Below are positions 10,256 to 22,547 of a stretch of 43,543 nucleotides of DNA, one piece after another (the first letter of the stretch is position 1; every line of letters begins with the position of its first letter). Position numbers and translations under genes: made by a program. The DNA lies in the sequence record SRR20825019_2054; one strand, written 5' to 3'. The notes beneath the pieces were generated by a model that was not told the DNA's origin, made no database searches, and saw nothing but the letters and a program-made list of their open reading frames with translations.

Positions 10256-12933
10256 ATGTCTAAGTTCTGGCAGGCTGATTCCGCCTCTGAGTCCGAGGAA
10301 GAGTCTTCTGAGGAAGAGGAGACGATTGTGCAGGCTCCTCAGAAGCAGGGATTCTTCCGTGATGACTCTTCTGACTCTGAGGAAGACGTGAGTTGTAATT
10401 GTGCAACGGCTGGGGTGTGGAATTGACAGTACATGTTTCATAGGAGAGGCGAGTCGTTAAGTCCGCACGGGATAAGAAGGCTGAGGAAATTAAGAACTTG
10501 GCTGCCACCACTAGAAGTTTCATGAACATTAATGATTGGGGTCAGATTCAGTCTAGCTATGAAAAGTTTCATAACTTCGTCACCAAAATGAAGGGCAACC
10601 AGTTTGAGAAGGTGTCCCCTAAAGCATACGACGCATATTATCGCCTCTGCATCCACTTGGAGGAATTCGTTAATAAGAGCTTGGCCGATAAGGAAGCCAA
10701 GAAGAAGTTGAGCACCACCAACTCTAAAGCGCTGAACTCCATGAAACAGAAGATTCGTAAGAACAACAAAGAAATTGAGGGTCTTCTTGAGGCTTTTAAG
10801 AAGAAGCCTAACTGGGAAGATTCTGCTTCTGAGGTAGGGCTGTTGATGTTGTTGTTTGTTGAGGGTTTTCTCTAAACGAAGGTTTAGTCTGAGGAAGAGT
10901 CTGAGGAAGAGTCTGAGGAGGAGTCTGAGGAGGAGGACGTGAAGCCAACAAAGGGACAGGTAGCTGCTCCTGTGCAAGGTGATGAAGATGATGACGACGA
11001 TGGCTTTGAGACCAAGGCAGTGAAGGATAAGAGGTGGCGCAAGGCCAAGCAGGAGGCTGCGGCTAAGATGACTATGGAGGGCGTGAACAAACGCCTTGCA
11101 GAAATTATTTTGGCGAGGGGCAAAAAGGGAACAGACCGCATGGATCAGGTCAACCAGATTCAGGACTTGGTGAAGCACTGTGAAGAGGTGCCGTCAAAGA
11201 AGGTGGAGATCACGATGCATTTGATTTCTGCTTTGTTCGATGTCAACCCTAACATGACCTCTCACATGCCCATTGAGCTGTGGAAGGAATGTGCTAAGAA
11301 TATTGGTATTATCTTGGATGTGATTGAGGCTGACAAGAACATTGTGGTGGTGGATGCTGGCGCTGTCGCCAAGACTCCTCTTGATATGGGAGATGTACAG
11401 GAAGAAAATGCGGAGGCGGAGGCGGAGGCGACGAAGGCTGAGGCAGAAGACGATGGCGACAACGTGAAGGTTGTGGGAAGCCTCATTTCCTTCATGGAGC
11501 GCTTGGACGACGAGCTTTTCAAGAGTCTCCAGCACACCGACCCTCACACCCAAGCATACATGGATCGCCTCAAGGACGAGCCCACTATGATCTCTCTTGC
11601 TGAGCGTACTCAGGCTTACTATGAGCGCGCCAATCAGATGGACTGTGCTGCCCGTGCTGCTGGGCGTGTGATTGAGCATGTGTATTACAAGCTTGATTCC
11701 CTTCGTGAAATGATGGACAGCGCCGTCGGCAAGACTGGCGAGAAGATTGACAGCAAGGAACAGATTCAGAGCCTTGCTGTAATGATTTACAAGTACGGTG
11801 ATGAACGCGCCAAGACTAGAACCATGCTGTGCCACATCTATCATCATGCCATGCATGATCGCTTCTACGAGGCCCGCGATATGCTCCTGATGTCTCATCT
11901 TCAGGATACCATTTATCACTCGGATGTCACCACTCAGATCATGTACAACCGCACCATGGTTCAAGTTGGTCTCTGCGCATTCAGGGCGGGACTGATTACG
12001 GATTCCCAGGCTGCTTTGTGCGAAATCTGCTCTGGCGGTAGGCTTAAAGAACTTCTTGCCCAGGGCATTAGCGTGTCCCGTTTCGGTGAGCGCAACATTG
12101 AGCAGGAGAAACTCGAGAGGAGGAGGCAGATGCCCTACCACATGCACATTAATTTGGAACTCCTTGAGTGTGTGCATTTGATTACCTCCATGCTTCTCGA
12201 AGTGCCAAACATGGCTGCAAACCGGTACAACCCCAAGGTTAAGGTTATCAGCAAGCCTTTCCGGCGGTTTTTGGATAACTATGAGAGGCAAGTTGTTGCC
12301 GGGCCCCCCGAGAACAACCGTGACGTCATTATGGCTGCGGCAAGCAAACTTGCCTTGGGAGAGTGGCAGAAGTCCTGCGATTATCTGTTCAGCCTTGGAA
12401 TCTGGAAGCTCTTCGTCAACCCCGATGCCTGCAAAGAAATCTTGAAGGGATGCATTAAGGAGGAAGGCTTGCGCACTTTCCTTTTCCAGAACTGTTCCAA
12501 TTATGAGAGCATGACCACGGAGCAGCTCTGCCGCTTGTTCGAGATGGAAGAGAAGGAGGTTCACACTATCGTAAGTAAGATGATGATGAGCAACGAGTTG
12601 AACGCCTCCTGGGATCAGCCAACTGGTACCATCATCATGCACAACGTAGATCCCACTCGCTTGCAGTATTTGGCAATGAACTTTGCTGAGAAGGCTGCTC
12701 TCTTTGTTGAGACCAATGAGCGGCTTTTGGACTCGCGCACGGGTGGTTATGGATACAAATTCGACCCGAACCAGAAGCCTCAGGCCCGCCAGTTCCGTGA
12801 TAGGGAGATTTACAACCCTCGTGGTGTAAGCTCCATGTATGCTGCCAGCCGTCAGTTCCCGCAGAACAGGCAGCAATACCAAGCCTATCAGCAGCGCAAG
12901 GCCTATGGGCAGCGCACTGCTCAGCGGTATTAG
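10256..12933 (+). CDS. EIF3C: Eukaryotic translation initiation factor 3 subunit C
   Basis: N-terminus MSKFW..SESEEE; after the first intron, RRVVKSARDK. Also ERLDDELFKSLQHTDPHT, ARDMLLMSHLQ, RRQMPYHMHINLELLECV and the PCI C-terminus SKMMMSNELNASWDQPT. Two short introns near 10388 and 10834. Confidence 0.97.
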
Positions 12934-13086
12934 AATAATCCATTATTTTGGCGTTGAATGATGGGACACTATCAGCAAGCGCATACACCACTGAATGCGC
13001 CCGTTTCGTTCGTTTTGACCCTTGAATAAAACATGCGCATAAACTCGATCATCAGTGTTGAGATGACCATTTTACAAATGAATGAC

Positions 13087-16000
13087 TCAAACGAAGTCCT
13101 CACTGTCACTGCCATTATTCTTCGCTTCATTATCTTCCTCGCTAGTCCAATCCTCTAGGAGATCATCTTCAACACTTCTAGTGGGCTCGGTTGTGGTTTG
13201 CACACAGGCAGCAGTAACCAATCCTTTTTCAAACATGTTAATCAAGGCTGATTCAACTACTACGTCGCTCGAATGCATGCTTCTCTTGTCTATCCATCCT
13301 GGCACCTGTGCCCAAAACCGTGAGAATTCATTCATTGCATGGACAGACATCTAGTGTGACGCGCACCTTTCCGTCATCGGACTTTTGATCTACACGTAAC
13401 ATGTCTAGGGTATCAGAAGATTCAGTATCTACTAACTGGAATAGATTCTTGAGGTCATCCTGTGAACTAATTGAGAAAATATTCACGCCTACAATCCAGG
13501 CATCTCTACCTTGCTGAACTGGGCTTTCCCTTTCTTAGCATCATCTACAACTTTGAGACTAAGGCCGCGCTTGGTCATTTGACGTTGATATATTTTTTCC
13601 TCCAAGGTACCGGTGCACATCAAGCGATATATTGTCACGTCTTTTTTCTGGCCATCTCGCCAAACCCGTGCCTAACGAACACCCTCAATCCACAATATAT
13701 CGATGTCAAATAAAAGTGGTGGACATACCATAGCTTGTAGATCATTGGCAGGATTCCAGTCTGGATCGTACAGCACAAGTCGATTGGCCCCAATGAGGTT
13801 AAGACCTATTCCGCCGGCCTTGGAGGAAAGCAAGAAAACATAAACCTTGCTCCACTTGGCATTGAACTGGTTCACTAATTGTTGACGTTTTGTTGCCTCA
13901 GTCTGGCCATCAAGCCTCAACGTATCGTACCCCCGATCATTACACAACCGTTGCAAGAGGTCTAGAGTTTGTGTGTAATTTGAAACCACCACAACTCTGT
14001 CACTAGTCGTTGATTTCACGTGTGCCAACAATTCATCAAGGCATTGCATCTTGCCAGAGTACTGAGGTTGAGCTTTCCCAGGAGTATAATGTTCAGGGAA
14101 GTGGTCAAGAGCACCCGCCCATGAATCCGTGGATAGCGCCTTATCATCTACAATTCACCCCTTCAGTCATTATTTGGTTTACACCACCGCCTTCGAGTAC
14201 ATACCATCGTCACTCAAGCAAGAGCCATTGCCGTGTTCGGTGCATTTCATGTGAATCAATTCAGGATGGTTGCACAGTTTCTTCAAATTGGTTACACATT
14301 CGAATACACAACTAGTCGCTGTTTTTCCAGAAGTGTACATCAGACTGGTCACAACCTTCGATCTCAGGAAGTGCTTGTACAGTCGGCACTGCAAGTCCGA
14401 CATTGCGCAAAACAAGACAATCTGGAGGAACAAGAATGAGGGTACATCAAGACTGCCTCCCGAACAAAACATACTTCTTTCTTGGGCGGAAGGTATTTCT
14501 CGTTGATCTCATTAGTTCTGCGCAGGATGAAAGTTGCAGTAAGCTCGGAAAGGGCCTTTGACCGGGCATTTGCAAGTCTCCTTTCATCAGAACTGGCATC
14601 CTTGGAATTAGCAGAGTCGATTGGTTCAGCGTATACTCTGTGGAACAAATTAGCAGAAAAAAAAGACATCCAAGGAGCACCAAACCTTCTGAATGTTGGG
14701 CAATCTCCAAGAAAGCCTGGGTTGACGAAATCACACATTGCAAAGAATTCATCCATGTCATTTTGAACAGGAGTCCCGCTGAGAAGTAGACGCTTCCTTG
14801 TAGTAACCGATTTCAGGGCCCCATATAGTTTGGTCTCCTTGTTCTTCAAGCGGTGGCCCTCATCGCAAACAATAAGATCACACACATTTGCGACAGCTTT
14901 TTGGTGCTTTCTAAACATATCATATGATATTATAAGCAGTGGCCATCTGCCGCACTTGTAATCTTGAATGCGACTATCTACTCCGCCCTCTCCAGTATCA
15001 GCAAGAATTGGATCGAGTCTTTCTGTGCCTAGCCATTTCTTGACTTCCGCCATCCAATTCTTACATAGTGACGACGGGCATACCACCATGGCCTTCTTAA
15101 TCAAGGGTTTACCATAAGGACCTTGTTTTAAAAGTGTCCACAATGTAGCAATAGTTTGAACAGTCTTCCCAAGACCCCTGATATCACAATCTTTCAGAAC
15201 CATGAACCTGAGCTATCCAAACTCTTACATTTCATCAGCAAGGATGGCGCCTCGCCCTTGCTTTCCTGAAGACATATCATTAAGGCAGTTGTATAGAAAC
15301 TTGACTCCTTCAACCTATCGATGTTTAGACGGTTGATAACATAAGCATCACACTTCGCCTCACTTGATGTGGCCGCAGATGGCGACCAATCACGGGATCA
15401 CAAACAACATCACAAGTGGGCTTGCCATTGATATCTACTCCACCCTCTTGTAAAAGATGGGCCCCTTCACTATCTCGGCTAATCAAAGACTTCGGCACAG
15501 GTTGCGCTCCGCCCTTGTTACTGGAATTTCCTTCCACTTTGTGTGACTTGAACTTCTTTGCGGTGGGAATAGATGGTTTTGGTATGGCGGTTGTTGCTGC
15601 TGGAGTATCAGAGTGCAATATACACCCTCGATTGATTTCATACCTGAGCAAGAAAACATCCGAAAAAGCTTTCCACTATTATAGTCTTCTTCGCTAGCCT
15701 CACTAACGATTTCTAGTTCTTTTTGGCCAACCTCCAGGGTAGAGCCAATAACCATGGTCAAGTTGTTATAATTTCCTTGAGCCACAGTTTTCCCCTCCGT
15801 GTCCTTCAAGCACACTTTCTTCTTGTTGAATATTGTAAGAATTCCTGCGATGCCATGAGCACCCTGAAAGGGTAGATGTAAGGAGTACATACCATCTTGA
15901 TATGACTTATGTTTCTTGTTGCTTCGTTTGGTATACAGAACTACATAATATTTCGTATCAGCATCTGTGCAGTCAGTGGGGCCCCTGCTCGTAAGCCCAG

Positions 16001-16374
16001 ATCTGCTTGTAGGTGTATTTGGCCCTGTCTGGCCTAGACCCAAACCGTAAATAAGATGGGATGATGTACCCAGTCACGACAACATACCTGACTTGACAGA
16101 AGGAGGAACGAAGCCCTTTCGAATTGGATTCACTAAGCTTGAAGAGGAGGGTTTCACCTGCAGAATCATGTTGTTATTTTTGACAGGGTAATTGTTTTCC
16201 TTTTCGTCTATTTGTGTTTCTCCAGATACCATGTCAGAAGCACTTCGTTTTGTGGGGACAATGAATCTGTGCGAAGTTAAAAGGCATGTCAAGGACGTCA
16301 AAAAAGTCCTACTTAGCCTGGAAGGAAGTCCCGCCACCCTGATGCCGCGCTTTCAGAATTGCGCTCCGTTTCAT
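13087..16374 (-). CDS. RAD54B: RAD54B/Rdh54-like SNF2-family DNA translocase with N-terminal DUF2439-like domain
   Basis: Starts MKRSA at ATG 16374. [32 protein letters not shown] is the RAD54B/Rdh54 N-domain. Helicase motifs: [80 protein letters not shown]. Multiple short introns. Confidence 0.92.
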
Positions 16375-16499
16375 TATAAAGTCTCCGGCTTCACACTTCT
16401 TTAAGCGGAGTGTACATACAAAAACGAACCATCATCCCGCTAGGTTACGTGAAGTGAGCAAGTTGCTGGGTGTGCCGAATGCAAAGATGTGCACAAGGT

Positions 16500-17180
16500 T
16501 CGGAGGACCCCGGTCGTGGTAGGGCCGACCGGCCCGTGCCCAACTGGGCCGGAGAACCGGCGAGGCAGTCCAAACTCCCGTAATCCTGTCGGTGGAGTGA
16601 CCGCGAGGCAACTGAGAGTGATGAGTGATGAAAGTCAAATCGGCGCGGGCGCCCGCCGGCCACACTGATCCTCACCGAGACTATAGTCGTAAAATATTCC
16701 CATTCGGGATGGCCGGAATCATGCTCGTCTGGGTGTACTGGCCGGTCTGGGCAGCGGCCTGGGACCCGCCCGGGGGCAGTCGCCCGCGGGCGCGTGGCGC
16801 GCGGACGTAGGCTCACCATAGTGTCCATGAAGGCAAGTGTGTCATGAATCGCCATGACATGCATGCCACCATGGCTGTATCGGCGCTCTGTGTAGACGAA
16901 CGGCCCCAGCCGGGGGACCCGGCCGGCCCGCGCGGCGCGCCGCCGTGCCGGGCCGGGCCGGCCCTCCTTACTTCCTCATCAGGCCACGGGCCGCGGTGAC
17001 CCGGCGCGGCACGCCGGGCCCGCGCCGGCTGCGGTGTAGTGACTTTTGCTAGGGTTTGGGATCTCTCCGACAAACATGCCGAGACCCTCCTGCCCGGGCC
17101 ACTCAGTCAGCACACTTTCAGTGTGGACGGGATCAGTTTTGGCGGGACCAGACCAGACGGGCCCGCAATGGGATCCTGTT
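16500..17180. promoter_or_regulatory. GC-rich island in the divergent RAD54B/CHI-fold promoter
   Basis: Several near-pure G/C blocks (16740-16810, 16900-17030) lie between oppositely oriented ATGs 16374 and 17290. Confidence 0.65.
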
Positions 17181-17289
17181 TTCCAACAGTGAAGTTGCAA
17201 GGTTCGGTTCGGTGCCTTGTTAGGCTAGCTGCACACGAATATGTGACGTTGGGATAAACGAGATAATATTCTGCCTACTGTTCGCGAAT

Positions 17290-19143
17290 ATGTCAGAACA
17301 AGCAAGCGACCCTCCTATGATCATGAAGGCGAACGTGGAAGAGCTTGAGGCGCCACTGCTCAGTGAAGAAGTTCAGACCAAGGCTGCACCCCCAACGTTG
17401 AAGAGGAGAAGAGTAGCTGTTGCCGTAGGCGCTTTGTCAACTTGTATTTTGCTAGTTACCGTTGCCCTGTTGGTTGCTGGAACTGCTGGATACCTCTATG
17501 TCAGCCATACCAGTCAGCAAATAGGCTCGAACGGGGGCCAAGACATTAAGGTAAGTCTCCCTTCGCTCACTCTTGCAGAGCTGACTTTTGGTGACAGGAC
17601 GGGTGGCTAGTCGAGACTACAACCAAGAAGAAGTTTAAGCTCTTGAACGACCAGTTCTCACCCAAGGGACAAGTCTATGTAGGTGACTGCACTTTCTTGT
17701 CTCCGTAAAGACTCAATTCAACGTTTAGATGGCAATGGGCGCTGGTGTCAGGACTAAGAAGGAGTTAGGAGTTGAAATTGCTGTGTATGCAATTGCGTTT
17801 TATGTTGAACCGAAGCTTGCGAGGGAGGGTTTGGTGAAATGGAAGGGAAAGAGTGTAGACGAGTTGGAAAGTGACAAGGAGTTCCACGAAGAACTGATTC
17901 ATACCACAAAATTTGATAGGACAACCCACATGATCATCGCATCCAACCTGGTGGTATGTAGTGATAAGCGCTGTTGTGTTTGGAAATGGTAACGTATTGA
18001 AGGACACTGTAGACTACCAAAAAAATGATGGATGCTATTGCTGAAAATCTGACGCCTAGGGTGCAATACTACTTGCAGGATGGCGAAAATGCTGGTATGG
18101 ATCAATAATATCATGGTGCGTTTAGGCCTCTATCTTACACTACATAGATGAGATAGTCCAGACCTTCTTGCGTGCCTATAATGACCAAAAAATTCATGAC
18201 AACTCTGAGCTCATTGTTACATGCTTGAAGAATGGAGATCTTCATATTGTGTCTGGCGGAAAAGAGTTTGATGTAATTCCCAAGCAGCAGACCCTTTGCA
18301 AAGCGTGGCATGCGATGGTGCGTAGCATGTACAACTATATTGACATTGCTGACTTCTCGTAGTATGTGGACGACAACGCCATCGGGAAAACAACAAAGCG
18401 GAACTTTGGAAGCCGCCTAGCGGCTCTGTGGGATGGAAAGGTTGTGGATAACTTTCCTGCCGATGATCATGCGAGGACCGAATTTCCTACCAGTTTAGAA
18501 AGCAAGGACGAGGCCCTTGGTGCTGGACACTATTTCAAGTTTGGGGTTTTTAGTCATTCCACAAGTTTTGCCGGGGCCATGTATATTTCTCCAGATGCGT
18601 TCAAAGGTAACATTAAGGACTACCAGTGGCGGGCATATTTGCTTAATTTTGGTGTTTGCAGAAAGTGGGGCGCTAGCTGACTTCAAGAAAGAAGACTCTC
18701 AACAGCTGGCCAATAATCAGGAATACTTTGCTGCACTCACAATGGCACCTCATCACAGGTCCATGATGTTGAAGTTTTCGCCATGCCGTGGAGGTGCATT
18801 AAGTCGATGCAAAGCATCATTCGGATTAGTGGCCTCAGAAACGGAAAAAATATACAAGAGCATGTCCACGGGTGGGGTTGAAATGATCGATGGATTTAAG
18901 AGTGCTTTGAATAGTATTACTATGGAAAATAAGGATGAGTATTTGCTGATCGAGTGTACCCCCGACCAGCAGATAGTGATAAGCTTCAACAATGGGAAAG
19001 CAGTTCAGACGCTTTTCCAATCTAATGATAACAAGATCTGCACTGCAACATTCAGTTCATTCTTGGGTCAGAAAACGCCTTTCCCCAAGATGAAGCGAAC
19101 GTTTGCCGAGAGGGTTCCAGAGATAGCTTCACAGCTGAAATAA
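17290..19143 (+). CDS. Type II membrane-anchored protein with two tandem chalcone-isomerase-fold (CHI-like/FAP) domains
   Basis: Hydrophobic segment VAVAVGALSTCILLVTVALLVAGTAGYLYV follows KRRR. Domain 1: GAGVRTKKELGVEIAVYAIAFYVE...LCKAWHAMYVDDNAIGKTTKRNFGSRL. Domain 2: TEFPTSL..LGAGHYFKFGVFSHSTSFAGAMYI...ICTATFSSFLGQKTPFPKMKRTFAERV. About six short introns. Confidence 0.8.
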
Positions 19144-19268
19144 GTAAAAGTCACGCAAGCCTCCATTACATTTGTATAATCTCTTTTACGAGAACATAAG
19201 GATTATGGGCTCCAGTTTCAAGCGGCTACAGCTTCTTTTCTCAATGCACATCACAATCGTACGTGGAA

Positions 19269-20733
19269 CTATGCATCTTGTTCACTCTTGAAGATCTCGG
19301 TTGCAGATTTGTCATATGACCCTTCTGTGCGCATATCGTTAAGGCCCAGCTCTTCGTTCTGCTCTGCAGTGCGCTCATACACCTCTGTGGTCATGTTTGG
19401 GTCAGGATCAGGAGCATATAAATTCTGAATGTAAGAATTGCTCATGGGATCGTCAATTATCAACACGAGCTCCTCGGCGAGAGTCAAGTCACCACCCTTC
19501 AACTTTTCCAACTTTTCAATGAGCGCGCCAAACTTACTTCTCTGATCACTAGTGGCAGAATCGCCAGCTGCGAAAGGATTGAATTCCTTCATGTGGTCGA
19601 TGGTCTGGTTAAGGAAGCCCTCAATAGTAGTAAACATTCCTCCCAAAGTCCCTGGAGCAAGCTCTAGCTCAAAAGCTGGAATGAGCACAGCTGCGGTATC
19701 GGACTTCAAGAAATCACGCGAGAGATCCTCCTCCATAGTCAATTTTAGGGAAATTTTCTTTCCCTTGGGCTCCATTTTACCGCCGGGTTTGATCTCAATA
19801 CTCTTATAGCCACACTGTTCACAGTTGAAGCTCATCAAGACGATCTCCTTGAAGTTAGGAATATTTGTGACCTTCATCCGGTTTACTCCAGCAGCATTGC
19901 AGGTGGAGCAGTTCACAGGCAATTCAACTACTTCCTCTGTTAAATTGATAGGCTCCTCTGCAACTTGCTCGGCTTCTTGAATGCCAACAGAAGCATTTTG
20001 CGCAGCATTGCGAACATAGTGTTCTTCCTTGAGGTCAGGGTCAGCCTGGGGCATCTTAGGGTTCTCAACAAACGAATTGCCAGAAGGGTCATCCAATACA
20101 AAAGTATACGGCATCTCACACTTGTGAAGCTGGCGCATTTTCTCAATAACTGCATCAATCTGAGCCGTTGTTGCAGGATCGATTTTCTGTTGAGAAATCG
20201 TCTAAGTTCTTCGGAAAGCTTTATGAATATTGCACATACCCTTCTCTCCTCTTGGCCAGCTTCCAAGTTGTCGGCCGCGGTCATGAGAATCCCTTCGATC
20301 GTGGAACACACACCCCGCTGAGTGATAGACGGGATCTCAAGGTCAATCTCAGGAATCATGATTGAGGCGTGCTCAGACTTGATGACTTGCCTACTAGCCG
20401 ACTGAGAATATGTAAGCTACTGGTAAGGCACACCGCGCTACACACGTCTAAAGATACCTCTGGTGTTTTCACGGACACAGTGTACTTTGACCCTTTGACC
20501 TGGATTTCGCCGGCACTTTGAACTTCGGTGTTTCGGAAGTTGCAGTGGGGACAGGCAAAGCTCATCAATATTACTTCCTTGAAATGAGGAATTCGGGTTA
20601 GAAACAGCTTGGTGGAACCGTTTTCATGGCAAGCCATGCACAAAGATTCCATTTCAGTGACGCCGCTTCCTTCATTGTCTTTGACGTTTTCCCATGTAAG
20701 GTTAGGAAAGTGCACAGTTTCTTCGTCACCCAT
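19269..20733 (-). CDS. ZPR1: Zinc finger protein ZPR1
   Basis: Two ZnF/A-domain modules: ESLCMACHENG..IPHFKEVILMSFACPHCNFRNTEVQ and CSTCNAAG..IPNFKEIVLMSFNCEQCGYKS. Also TLGGMFTTIEG, SYIQNLYAPDPDP and EQNEELGLNDM. Two introns. Confidence 0.97.
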
Positions 20734-20829
20734 GGCTTGATCGGAAACACCTTCTCTCCTTAGGATCACCCGATCAAATATATGGGGTTATCAGGTCACC
20801 CATACAGGTCGTCCACCATATTGAGTCGC

Positions 20830-21960
20830 GGGGCCAGCATGCCCGCAGGGAGCATGCCGGAATGAAGATCGCCCGAATAACTCCAGAAGCTTCCAAACCC
20901 CCATCGCCCGCCTTTCACTATCAGGCGGCCCGAATGGCTGGATGGCGGAGTGACGGAGGCCGCCGCCGCCAGGGGCCATGGGGCCAGCGCGGGCAGTCTG
21001 ATGGTTCCATTCGTGTGGCCCCCAGGCCACCAGCCGCCGGGCCGGACCCCGGCCGGGGCCCTGGTCCGGTTGGGTGCAGGCCGCGGTGGGTCAACGGCGG
21101 GCGCGCGCGGCCCGTTTGGCCGGGCGGCGCAACTCCTGACGACGGGACGAACGGTGCCGGCCGGGTTGCAGTGCACTGGCAACCCGGTCCCGTCCCCGGC
21201 CGCTCAGGCCCGGCCGGGCGGGCCGCGCACTCGGCCCGCCGGGCGCCCGGCGGCGGCACGGCCGACCCGCCGGGGTGGCTATTCTTAGAATCAACGTACT
21301 ATGACCCCACCATCATCAATCTGGAACACCTTTCAACAAAAGCCAACAACCCCCCCCCCCGCCCCCCCCGAGGCGAAAATCCACCTCGTAACCAATGATC
21401 GTCTGTGACAAACCAACGTGAAGTGCCTCGAGTAAACCGTTCAAAAGATCTTCATTTTTGCTGACTCTTTACTCGGACTGTCGGCGAATGTCGGGGCCCT
21501 GAGTGAGCCGGTCAGTCGCGGCCCAGGCTGGCGGCGCGGGGCGCCGCGACTGACCGGGCCCGGGTCGTACGGTGGTGTCCCCGGCCGCCGGGGCCGTGCC
21601 GCCCGCGGGACCGGGAGTCACATCCGACGCACGTGACGGCGCCGACCGGACGACCACGAAGCGGACCGCGGGCCCGGCCGGCTGAGCCAGCCAGGCCACC
21701 GAGGCCGCCCCAGGCAGGCCAGTGCCTGACGAAGCCCGGCCCGGGCCCGGCGGGCCCCGGGCCGGGACGGTCCGCGCTGTGGTCCTCGACCACACCAGGA
21801 CCACACCGGCCGGCCGGGGCACTGACGGCAAGCGGAGCTTGCGCCCACCCCCCCCCCCCTCTCGGGTCGCGGTAGTGGCGACGAACTGGCCGGTGGGCCG
21901 GGCCCCAGTATGCAGCACGAGTCCAGCGCAGCCCTTCCAGCGGCGCCCGCCCGCACCGTG
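20830..21960. promoter_or_regulatory. Bipartite GC-rich island in the divergent ZPR1/LYRM7 promoter, with poly-C tracts
   Basis: GC blocks at ~20830-21280 and ~21480-21960 are separated by an A/C-rich spacer. C-runs occur at 21350-21369 and 21848-21859. Confidence 0.65.
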
Positions 21961-22023
21961 ACGCTAACGGCGATTGTGAGGACGATAAATACAAACGTTC
22001 AATACTAGTGTAAAGTCAGTACC

Positions 22024-22430
22024 ATGACCTGGACTAACGCACATACGGCTTATCGTGTACTCCTTCGAGTCCAAAGCCGGGTATTTAAGGATGATGGTAG
22101 GATGACGCGGGCTCTGTTAGCGCTTGGACTAACGTGTGTCGCAGTTGAAATGATTGCGGCTGCCCGTGCCAAAACTAGAGCTAGTTTTGTGGAGAACAAG
22201 GATGTTTCCGACCCAGCTGAAGTTGAAAGGCTTGCTAATGAGGCGCTAGACGTTGCAGACTGGTTGCAAACATCAATTGCACAGGCCCGCCTGACAGATA
22301 GGGGCACATATGGTAGGTAACGGTCAGGTTTATTTTCGACACTACCTGACAGTCATCGACAGCTGTTAAGGTTGAGCCGCACCATACAACCACTGCCACG
22401 AAACCTGAAGGTGACGGGTGCTCAAGCTAG
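22024..22430 (+). CDS. LYRM7: LYR-motif mitochondrial protein, complex III assembly factor LYRM7/Mzm1-like
   Basis: AYRVLLRVQSRVFKDD-VEMIAAARAKTRASFVENKDVSDPAEVERLANEALDVADWLQTSIAQA matches the LYRM7/Mzm1 pattern (YR.LLR...F..D, NxVQA-like end). Two introns; TAG ends at 22430. Confidence 0.8.
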
Positions 22431-22547
22431 ACTGAATAGTCGAGTTGGTTGACAGGTCATACTATCACGCTGTATCGCTATTTCGAAATAGCATCCCTCG
22501 CGACGTGAATTGGAAATTTGAATGGAAAAATGTTGCCGTTGTTGGAG

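Noticed and set aside
10887-10936. 12-nt tandem repeat (tctgaggaagag)n
   Set aside because: It is the coding SEEE acidic tract of the eIF3c N-terminal region, not an independent repeat or CRISPR-like array.
11194-12882. 562-aa antisense ORF opposite eIF3c
   Set aside because: It is a shadow ORF of a codon-biased conserved gene, with no recognisable motifs.
21386-21460. TCGTAACCAATGA and CCGAGGCG resembling U4 snRNA segments, plus an Sm-like site
   Set aside because: The two segments are in the opposite order to U4, and the U6-pairing 5' sequence is absent.
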